Positions 54,549 through 64,000 of a DNA stretch of 64,000 nt are shown piece after piece (positions within the stretch are counted from its first letter, which is position 1; every line of letters begins with the position of its first letter). This DNA is from Anaeramoeba ignava BMAN (lineage: Eukaryota; Protista; Anaeramoebae), in contig JAPDFW010000055.1 in NCBI GenBank assembly GCA_028826165.1, positions 1 to 64,000 on the forward strand, written 5' to 3'. Below the pieces are notes generated by a model, which was not told where the DNA came from, did no database searches, and was given only the letters and a program-made list of their open reading frames with translations. A program made the translations under genes and the position numbers.

Positions 54549-57500
54549 TTAAAATTTATTTAAAGCAATTATTAAATGACGAAGAGTTGGAATGACATTA
54601 ATAAGAAGAGGAAGAGAATCTAAAATATTAGTTGATTCAATATCTTGAGTAATCCAATTAATAACAGAAGAAAAATCTGAAGGATTTGAATGAAGAATAG
54701 CTTCCCAATCCATTTGTTGACCTTTTGGAATTTCTGAACGAACAAGATAATTAAGAGAAAGATACAATCCAAAAATAGAAATATATCCAATAACTGCAGT
54801 TCCTCGAGATAAAGGCATGAAATTGAACCAATAAAAAATCAAATTGTGGATTAATTGATTTAATTTTGCAAAATTTCGTTCTTTTTTTGATGCTTCTTCT
54901 ATAAATATTCTCCAAATTTCATTGAATTCTAGTGTGTAATCTTCCCATCTACTTGGTGTTCCTGGTGTTCTGATTGAATATTCAAATCCTTCAGGAGGTT
55001 TCCATTGAATTGTTAGTCGTGTTCCTTCCATTATATGATTTTCTCTTGTTGTACTTTTACATTCTGTTACAATCCAGAAGTCTTTCTTAATTATAGAATA
55101 AATATCAACAACATTTTTAGCCTCTTAAATTTAAAATATTTAATTTAATTTAATTTAATTTTAATTTGATTAAATTTAAAATATTTGATTTAATTTGATT
55201 AAATTTAATTTAATTTGATTTAATTTAATTTTAATTTTGATTTAATTTAATTTATACTTTCAACAAGTTTTTGTTCTTGAGGAGATAAATTAATCTGTTT
55301 TGCAATTTCCTTTTTCAAAATGTCAAAAGATAACTGGAAATAAGGATAATAGCGAATAACTTTACATTGGCCACTAATAATAGGAGTATGAGAACCAAAA
55401 CCTTCATTAAATTGCTTTTCTGTAAGCATATCAACCCAAAAAACAGGATCTAAAGGTTCGGAAATTTGTCTCCAACGAACACCAATATGGAAAAAATCTC
55501 TCCAATTAAAATCAATTTTTTTCTTATCATTTTTATAAATTTGAGAAAGAGTCTGTGCCATTTCAATTGCAGCGAGTCCAGCCATTGCTTGTTGTCTTTT
55601 GTTTGATAAAAAACCAGGTGTTTTCAGTTGGATTTTTTTACCAATTATTTTTGCCAATTCAAAAATTTTTTCGAAATTTTGATCAAATGAAAAATTTTGA
55701 TCTATCCAATTCTTAAAGCAATTTTCCTTTGTTTTTGAGTTGTATTTTGAGTAAATTTCTAAGGATTGCGGATTCATTCTTTTGCACCAAGCCTCTTTAA
55801 ATAAAGGATCAAAGTATTTGTCGAGATTAATGTCTGTAATTGCAGTATCAAGATTTTCATGATAATAATAAAGACTGTACAATTGATACCAAGAAATGTG
55901 ATTTGGATCCTTGAGTAAAATGAAGGAATAATCATTGAAAGCCGAAAGATATTTCCCGATTGCTTGGTAACAAACTGCTCTCCAATGACGAGATTCAATA
56001 TTTTCTGGATCTTGAGATAAGAATACAGATAGATATTGGATCGCTTGAGCATGATTTCCTGTTCCGTGATTTAAATATCCAAGCATTTGATATGCACGTG
56101 AATAATTAGGTTCGAATACAAGTAATTTTTGGAGAATATTCTCAACTTTTTCAGCTTCTCCAAGTTCTCGATAAACTTGAGCATAATTTATATAGCATTC
56201 TTTAAATTTGGAGTCTTGAACAAGTGCATTTTGGTATGCGATTGTTGCGTTTTCTGTATCTCCCATTGCCAAAAGTGAGAGACCTAAGAAATTCCATGCT
56301 AATTTGTGTTGAGGTTCTCTTGTTACTGTTTGTTGGAAATCATATCCTGCTCTTCGGTAATTTAGTTGTTTGTGATATACTAATCCCCGTTGATAATATG
56401 TGTCTGCTGTTCCTTTGATTTCTATTGCTTTGGTTAGATCTTTTATTGCTTCTGTCATTTCCCCTCTTGCATTTTGTGAAACTCCTCTTCTTTTCCATGC
56501 TTCATCACAGTTGTTATCAATTTCGATTGCTTTTGTGAAATTATTTACTGCCTTTTTAATATTTAATTTAATTTGAATTTGATTTTGAATTTGTATTTGA
56601 ATTAATTTTGAATTTGATTTTGATTTGAATTAATTTTGAATTTGATTTTGATTTTGAATTAATTTTGAATTTGAATTGAATTTGGATTTGAATTAATTTT
56701 GAATTTGAATTTTGTATTTGAATTTAATTTTGAATTTGGATTTGAATTTGAATTTGAATTTGAATTTGAATTTGAATTTGAATTTGAATTTGAATTTGAA
56801 TTTGAATTTGAATTTGATTTTGAATTTGAATTTGAATTTGAATTTGAATTTGAATTTGAATTTGAATTTGAATTTGAATTTGAATTTGAATTTGAATTTG
56901 AATTTGAATTTGAATTTGGATTTGAATTTGAATTTTAATTTGAATTTGAATTTGAATTTGAATTTGAATTTGAATTTGAATTTGAATTTGAATTTGATTT
57001 TGAATTTGAATTTTGATTTAATTTTGGATTTGAATTAATTTTAATTTTAATTAATTTTGAATTGATTTTGATTTGATTTTTGATTTGAATTAATTTTGAT
57101 TTGAATTTGTATTTGAATTTGGATTTGAATTTGAATTTGAATTTGAATTGAATTTGAATTTTGATTTGAATTTGAATTTGATTTTGAATTTGATTTTGAA
57201 TTTGAATTTGAATTAATTTTGAATTTGAATTTGATTTTGAATTTGAATTTGAATTTGAATTAATTTTGAATTTTGAATTTGAATTTTGATTTTAATTTTG
57301 ATTTTGATTTTGATTTGAATTTAATTTGAATTTTAATTTTGATTTGAATTTGAATTTGTATTTGAATTTTGGATTTGATTTTGAATTAATTTTGAATTTG
57401 ATTTTAAATTTGGATTTGATTTGAATTTAATTTTGAATTTGAATTAATTTTGATATTTGATTTTGATTTGAATTTTAATTTTGAATTTGAATTTGATTTT

Positions 57501-58439
57501 GAATTTGATTTTGATTTTCATTTAGATTTAAACAAACAGATTCTAAATCTCCAAGAAGTGCAAAAGCTGTTCCTCTCCCAAGATATGCTGCAATAACTTT
57601 ATCATTTTTTTGTAATAAATCTGTAAAAATCTCAATTCCAAGTGCATAATTTCCAGTATTAACATGATAATAACCAGTAGCTTTCAAAAATAAAATAATA
57701 AAACAATTAAATAAATAAAGAAAGAAAGAAAGAAAGAATTAAAATGTTGCTTTTTTTAAATCATTTTTATAAATAAAAATCAATCTAACCAATTTGTGAA
57801 TCAATTTGTTTTTTTCCAGTTCCATGATTAATAATTCCTTTTTGAGCAACAAAATCAATAACTGTTTTTCTTGAATTTTCTTTTTCCATTAAAGAAGATA
57901 AATTTTGATTAATATCTTCTATTTTAGGTTTTTCAAATTCAATTTGAACAGAATCTTCTTTTGGTTTTTGATTTGTTGAAATATTATTTTTTGAATCATC
58001 TTTTTGAGATAAAAGTAATAATTTCTGATATATTTTGGCGAATATTTTAATGTCTCCCATTTGAGTTAAACCTGTTTCAAATATTTGTTTTGCTTCATCT
58101 TTTCGATTTAATTTTATTAATGTTTTTCCATGTATTAAATAAGCTCTAAGATTTGAAGGATCTTCATTAATAGATTCAATACAATCATTAATACTTCTTT
58201 TATATAATTCCATTTTATAATTAACTAAAGCTCGATTTCTTTTTTTAATTTAAATTTGATTTTGATTTTAAATTAGATTTTAATTTTGATTTTTAATTTT
58301 AATTTTTGATTTTTTGCTTTTTTAAATACGATAAAAGAATTGATTTATTTGTATCATTTTCTTTAATTGTTTTTGTCAATTGTTTTAAAGCATTTGAATA
58401 TTTTTTATTAATAAAAGAAAAATTTGCTTCTAAATTCAT
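54549..58439 (-). CDS. TTC13: TTC13/SRFR1-like TPR protein; 4 introns (~58239-58329, ~57681-57789, ~56552-57538, ~55124-55257)
   Basis: Many TPR repeats followed by FKEAWCK, PGFLSNKRQ, WRQISEP.DPVFWVD, FEYSIRTPGTP.RW and YWFNFMPLSRGTA. Confidence 0.85.
56570..57520. repeat. Intronic (TTTGAA)n hexamer microsatellite
   Basis: Directly visible inside a ~1 kb intron of the TPR gene. Confidence 0.92.
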
Positions 58440-58772
58440 TTTTTTAAGAAAAAAAATAAAAGGAAAAAAATGAAAAAAAAACTTTCAAAAAATAAATAAA
58501 ATTTTTTCTTTTTGATTTAAATTTTAAATTAATTTTTCTTTTTAATTTGAATAAGCAAAAAAAAAATAATAAAAAAATATTTGTAAGAAAAATGATTTGG
58601 AAAAAAAATTGTTTTTGTTTTTGTTTTTGTTTTTGTTTTTGTTTTTGTTTTTGTTTTTGTTTTTGTTTTTGTTTTTTTGGATCAATTCAAAAGAAAAAAA
58701 TCCACAAATCTTTTTTCATTTTTTTCATTTTTTCTTTCAATTAATTTTTTTGATTAATTTTTTTAATTTTCA

Positions 58773-59951
58773 ATGTCAAAAGGTGATTGTAAAATCACAA
58801 TTAACTTTGAAACAGAAAAAAAAGAAGTTGAAATTGAAATAAAAATGACTGAACCAACATCGATTCCCAAAGAGAAAATACAACACATAACAGAGAATCT
58901 CCTGAATTTCTACAAAATCAAAGCATATGAAGTGAAAATAGAAGATTCAGGAGCACCTGAATATGCAATTGCATCACGAGTGGAATCGTTGGTTCGGAAA
59001 CACTTAAAAACACCATCAAACACTCCATATTTTGAAATCCCAACAGATCTAAACCCTCCAAAAAGAACACCTCTATTAAACACAAGAAGAAGTCTTTTGT
59101 ACATTCCAGGATCTAAACCGTACATGCTCGGAAAAAGCCCAACAACCGACGCCGATTGCGTTATATTTGATCTCGAGGACTCCGTCAGTTTTTCTGATAA
59201 GGATGTTGCTCGAATAATTGTTCGCAACGCGCTTCGTTGTCTTCCGTTCCAGGACGACAAGAATGGCAAAACTCTCGAGCGGATAGTCCGGATTAATCCC
59301 TTACCTCTTGGTGAAATGGACCTAGAATGCTTGGATTTCAAATACTTGCATGGTGTTGTCATTCCTAAATGTGAGTCTGAGAAAGATGTCCTTCGTGTTG
59401 AAGAGTTGATCTCCAAATCTGGAGTCAACCAAGTGCATTTGATGCCTTTGATCGAATCTGCGCTTGGTGTTGAAAATGCATTCAATATTGTGAATTGTTC
59501 CAAAAACATTGTCTCTGTCTCTATGGGACTGGAGGATTATACTGCAGACATGGGAATGGAACGATCCAAAACGGATCAAGAAAGTGAATGGGCAATGGCT
59601 CGTGTTAAAAATGCTGCTGCAGCTGCTGGAATACAGGCAATTGATACTGTTTATTCCAATTTCCGCGATAACGAAGGGCTTAAACAAGCTGCTTTGAAAG
59701 CAAAAGCATTTGGGTATATCGGAAAGCGCTGCATTCATCCTGCTCAAGTTCCTATTGTGAATTCTGTTTTTGTTCCGACAGAAAAGGAAATTGAGAATGC
59801 TCAGAAAATTGTTTCTGCTTACAATGAGGCTATTCAAAGAGGTGATGGTGTTGTTGTTGTTAATGATAAAATGGTTGATTTGCCTGTTGTAAAGCGTGCA
59901 AACAGAATTCTCTCTTTAGCCAAAGATGTGGGGCTTTTAGAGAAGAAATAA
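58773..59951 (+). CDS. citE: Citrate lyase beta subunit (CitE, HpcH/HpaI family) with N-terminal CitD acyl-carrier-like domain
   Basis: RRSLLYIPG, IFDLEDSV, VRINP, IPKCES, IESALG, GLEDY, AIDTVY, GYIGKRCIHPAQV, MVDLPV; the N-terminal ~80 aa contain EVKIEDSGAPEYAIASRVE (CitD-like). Intronless with visibly higher GC. Confidence 0.9.
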   Translation: MSKGDCKITINFETEKKEVEIEIKMTEPTSIPKEKIQHITENLLNFYKIKAYEVKIEDSGAPEYAIASRVESLVRKHLKTPSNTPYFEIPTDLNPPKRTPLLNTRRSLLYIPGSKPYMLGKSPTTDADCVIFDLEDSVSFSDKDVARIIVRNALRCLPFQDDKNGKTLERIVRINPLPLGEMDLECLDFKYLHGVVIPKCESEKDVLRVEELISKSGVNQVHLMPLIESALGVENAFNIVNCSKNIVSVSMGLEDYTADMGMERSKTDQESEWAMARVKNAAAAAGIQAIDTVYSNFRDNEGLKQAALKAKAFGYIGKRCIHPAQVPIVNSVFVPTEKEIENAQKIVSAYNEAIQRGDGVVVVNDKMVDLPVVKRANRILSLAKDVGLLEKK

Positions 59952-60017
59952 GATAGTTTCCACTTTTTTTTTTTTTCAAATCCATTTTTTTTCAAATTCA
60001 TTTTTTTCATTTTTTAA

Positions 60018-60344
60018 ATGGATTTAAACAATGAGGATTCACATCAAATAAAATTTCAAAAAAATTCAAATAAAATTCCTTTAAATTCTCCTAATAAAAA
60101 AAATTTTGAATCAACTAAACAAATTGATCAAACTATAAATTTTAAAAAGAAAAAAAATTCTCAACAAAAAAAACTACAAATAAGAAAAAAAAAATGGAAA
60201 TGTTTTTGGAAGAATTTAATTAAAGCAAAATCAGAAAAACCTATAATGATATCTAGATATTATTTTACAAGAGGAATGATTATTAGTGATAAAAAAACAG
60301 AAAAAAAAGAAGGAAATGAAAATAAGAAATTGGATGAAAATTAA
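60018..60344 (+). CDS. Small basic hypothetical protein (108 aa)
   Basis: Open ORF with TTTCATTTTTTAA directly before the ATG; no recognisable domain. Confidence 0.4.
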   Translation: MDLNNEDSHQIKFQKNSNKIPLNSPNKKNFESTKQIDQTINFKKKKNSQQKKLQIRKKKWKCFWKNLIKAKSEKPIMISRYYFTRGMIISDKKTEKKEGNENKKLDEN

Positions 60345-63140
60345 ATAAAGTTTAATAAATAATTTTATTTTAAATTTAATTTTGAAATTGAATTTTAAAT
60401 TAGATAATAAATTAAAATAGATTTAAATTAATAAATAATTATAATTAAAAAATTGAATAAAATTTTAATTATAAAATTAAATAGAATTAAATTAAGTTTA
60501 ATAAATAATTTTATTTTAAATTTTGTTTTGAAATTAATTTTAAATTAAATAATAAATTAAAATAGATTTAAATTAATAAATAATTATAATTAAAAAATTA
60601 AATTAAATTTTAATAATAAAATTAAATAGAATTAAATTAAGTTTAATAAATAATTTTGTTTTTAAATTTAATTTTGAAATTAATTTTAAATTGAATAATA
60701 AATTAAAATAGATTTAAATTAATAAATAATTATAATTAAAAATTAAATTAAATTTTAATAATAAAATTAAATAGAATTAAATTAAGTTTAATAAATAATT
60801 TTATTTTAAATTTAATTTTAAAATTAATTTTAAATTGAATAATAAATCAAAATAAATTTAAATAATAAAAATTAAATTAAAATTAAATTAAATTTTAATA
60901 ATAAAATTAATTAATTAAATTAAATTTAATAAAATTTTATTTTAAATTTTGTTTTGAAATTAATTTTAAATTAGATAATAAATTAAAATAGATTTAAATT
61001 AATAAATAATTATTATTAAAAATTAAATTGTTTTTGAAATTAAAATTTTAAATTGAATTAAATTAAGTTTAATAAATAATTTTATTTTAAATTTTATTTT
61101 GAAATTGATTTTAAATTAGATAATAAATTAAAATAGATTTAAATAATTAATTATATTAAAATTAAAAATTAAATTAAATTTTAATAATAAAATTAAATAA
61201 AATTAAATTAAGTTTAATAAATAATTTTGTTTTAAATTTAATTTTAAAATTAATTTTAAATTGAATAATAAATTAAAATAGATTTAAATTAATAAATAAT
61301 TATTATTAAAAATTAAATTAAATTTTAATAATAAAATTAAATAGAATTAAATAAAGTTTAATAAATAATTTTGTTTTAAATTTTATTTTGAAATTAATTT
61401 TAAATTGAATAATAAATCAAAATAGATTTAAATTAATAAATAATTATTATTAAAAAATTAAATTAAATTTTAATAATAAAATTAAATAGAATTAAATTAA
61501 GTTTAATAAATAATTTTGTTTTAAATTTAATTTTAAAATTAATTTTAAATTAAATAATAAATTAAAATAGATTTAAATTTAATAAATTTAAATTAAAAAA
61601 ATTAAATTTTAATAAAATTAATTAGAATAAAATTAAATTTAATAAGTAATTTTATTTTAAATTTAATTTTGAAATTAATTTTAAATTAAAATAATAAATT
61701 AAAATAGATTTAAATTAATAAATAATTATAATTAAAAATAAATTAAATTTTAATTATAAAATTAAATAGAATTAAATTAAGTTTAATAAATAATTTTTAT
61801 TTTAAATTTTATTTTTGAAATTAATTTTTAAATTAAATAATAAATTAAAATAGATTTAAATTAATAAATAATTATAATTAAAAATTAAATTAAATTTTAA
61901 TAATAAAAATTAAATAGAATTAAATTAAGTTTAATAAATAATTTTTGTTTTAAATTTAATTTTGAAATTAATTTTAAATTGAATAATAAATTAAAATAGA
62001 TTTAAATTAATAAATAATTATAATTAAAAATTAAATTAAATTTTAATAATAAAATTAAATAGAATTAAATTAAATTTAATAAGTAATTTTGTTTTAAATT
62101 TAATTTTGAAATTAATTTTAAATTAAATAATAAATTAAAATAGATTTAAATTAATAAATAATTATTATTAAAAATTAAATAAAATTTTAATAATAAAATT
62201 AAATAGAATTAAATTAAGTTTAATAAATAATTTTTGTTTTAAATTTAATTTTGAAATTAATTTTAAATTGGATAATAAATTAAAATAGATTTAAATTTAA
62301 TAAATAATTATAATTAAAAATTAAATTAAATTTTAATTATAAAATTAAATATAATTAAATTAAGTTTAATAAGTAATTTTGTTTTAAATTTAATTTTGAA
62401 ATTAATTTTAAATTGGATAATAAATTAAAATAGATTTAAATTATAAATAATTATAATTAAAAATTAAATAAAATTTTAATAATAAAATTAATTAGAATTA
62501 AATTAAGTTTAATAAATATTTTTGTTTTAAATTTAATTTTGAAATTAATTTTAAATTAAATAATAAATTAAAATAGATTTAAATTAATAAATAATTATAA
62601 TTAAAAATTAAATAAAATTTTAATTATAAAATTAAATAAAATTAAATTAAGTTTAATAAATAATTTTGTTTTTAAATTTAATTTTGAAATTAATTTTAAA
62701 TTAAAATAGATTTAAATTATAAATAATTATAATTAAAAAAAATTAAATATAAAATTAAAAATAATTTAAATTAAGTTTAATAAGTAATTTTGTTTTAAAA
62801 TTTTGAAATAATTTTTAAATTAAATAATAAATTAAAATAGATTTAAATTAATAAATAATTATAATTAAAAATTAAATAAAATTTTAATAATAAAATTAAT
62901 TAAAATTAAATTAAGTTTAATAAATAACTTTATTTTAAATTTTATTTTAAAATTAATTTTAAATTAGATAATAAATTAAAATAGATTTAAATTAATAATT
63001 AATTATATTAAAAAATTAAATAAAATTTTAATAATAAAATTAAATAGAATTAAATTAAGTTTAATAAATAATTTTGTTTTAAATTTAATTTTAAAATTAA
63101 TTTTAAATTGGATAATAAATTAAAATAGATTTAAAATTAA
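60345..63140. repeat. ~145-bp AT-rich tandem satellite, ~19 copies
   Basis: The anchor GTTTAATAA recurs at 60350, 60496, 60641, 60786 ... 61212, 61356, 61501 ... 62915, 63059. Confidence 0.95.
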
Positions 63141-63352
63141 AAAAAAAGGAGAAAAAAAAATGAGGAAAAATGATCAAAATAAAAAAGAAAAAAGGAGAAA
63201 AAAAAAATTTAAATAAAAGCCCCCAATAATAAAAAAAAATAATTAAAAAAAAAAAAAGTTTTTCATTTTTTTCCTTTTCATTTTTAATTTTTTTTTTTGA
63301 TTTACTTTTCTCGTTTTTAATTTTGTGTTTTATTTTTGTGTTTTTGTTTTAA

Positions 63353-64000
63353 ATGAGTTGTTGTTTTGATATTGATAGTGTCACAACTCAACTTTTGACC
63401 ACTGACGTTTACACAAGCTTGATAACACCAAGTTTATCAAGAATTGAAATAGGAACAATTAGCATGGTAGAAAAAGAACTAGAAATGAACTTAACAAAGA
63501 AAATGGAAACAAATTACATAACAATTAATCAAGAAGAAACATTTAAACAATGTATTGAAACGTCAAGAAAAAAACTAGATGAAAAAGTTGGTCAAAAGAT
63601 GAGTCAAGATGAGGAATTATTTACTAATCCAATAAAAGGAAATATTTCTCAATCTCGAAGATTAAATGGAAGAACTAGAATCGATTTGCCTCAAAATCCT
63701 AATCAACAACCTACTTTTAACTACTCTGACCATTTCCATTCTTCAAATGAAGTTGAAACTTTTGATTCCGTTGAAAATTCTCATCCAAAAAATAAGCGAA
63801 GAAACAAAAAGAAAAGAAAATCAGATCAACTTGATGAAAATCAAAGTCAAAGTCAAAATCAAAGTCAAAATGAAAATGAAAAAGAAAAAGAAAAAGAAAA
63901 AGAAAAAGAAAAAGAAATCCAAATTCAAATTGAAGATCAAAGTCAAAATCAAAGTCAAATTGAGGATGCTGATGTCAAACGTTTAAGACATCGTGCTGTT
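63353..64000 (+). CDS. Hypothetical protein, 3'-truncated by the window edge (MSCCFDIDSVTTQLL...)
   Basis: Open from ATG 63353 to the end of the window; upstream TTTCATTT motifs; includes basic KNKRRNKKKRK and QSQN repeats. Confidence 0.65.
   Translation, partial: MSCCFDIDSVTTQLLTTDVYTSLITPSLSRIEIGTISMVEKELEMNLTKKMETNYITINQEETFKQCIETSRKKLDEKVGQKMSQDEELFTNPIKGNISQSRRLNGRTRIDLPQNPNQQPTFNYSDHFHSSNEVETFDSVENSHPKNKRRNKKKRKSDQLDENQSQSQNQSQNENEKEKEKEKEKEKEIQIQIEDQSQNQSQIEDADVKRLRHRAV

Noticed and set aside
6912-57038. Dipeptide-repeat ORFs (FNFN, KIKI, LYLY, FVCL, FEFE)
   Set aside because: Translations of microsatellites in introns, intergenic DNA or alternative frames.
58910-59837. Antisense ORFs over citE (and similar ones over RBM19 and the FG-GAP gene)
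   Set aside because: Shadow ORFs of relatively GC-rich coding sequence with no recognisable motifs.
14884-59951. Inteins or transposons
   Set aside because: No C/S...HN-C/S/T insertions interrupt conserved motifs, and no transposase, reverse transcriptase or terminal inverted repeats were seen.
60345-63140. CRISPR-like array
   Set aside because: The whole unit is repeated with no unique spacers, there are no cas genes, and the context is eukaryotic.
1-64000. Non-standard genetic code, or tRNA/rRNA genes
   Set aside because: Conserved genes end at TAA or TGA as expected, in-frame stops are explained by introns or indels, and no structured RNA gene was recognisable.

Overview
Extremely AT-rich, gene-dense eukaryotic genomic DNA with GT-AG spliceosomal introns, the standard genetic code and pervasive hexamer microsatellites (CAAAAT/GAAAAT encoding NQ/NE tracts). 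This style resembles the anaerobic metamonad Anaeramoeba, which is my inference and not verified. About 18 genes are present. Housekeeping or conserved genes: degenerate importin-alpha, NAD(P)HX dehydratase, glycerol-3-phosphate acyltransferase, RBM19/Mrd1, a two-box HMG protein, a HAD-IIA phosphatase, a dymeclin-like protein, poly(A) polymerase and a TTC13/SRFR1-like TPR protein. There is also an FG-GAP/FN3 surface protein and a bacterial-type CitD-CitE fusion. The most interesting part is a ~24 kb block (14.9-39.0 kb) bounded by microsatellites. It holds a ~4,900-aa RNF213/mysterin-like AAA+ giant with no visible RING or RZ finger, a protein of ~10 SKICH-like Ig repeats plus two BTB domains whose young repeats differ in three hypervariable segments, a divergent actin, and two tandem RCC1-BTB paralogues that differ mainly in propeller loops. 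Together these suggest a candidate ubiquitin-based, cell-autonomous sensing locus. Other notable structure includes a ~145-bp satellite (~19 copies), Inr-like TTTCATTT motifs before most start codons, and A-rich 3' splice sites. Many ORF breaks sit in homopolymers or microsatellites and look like long-read indel errors.
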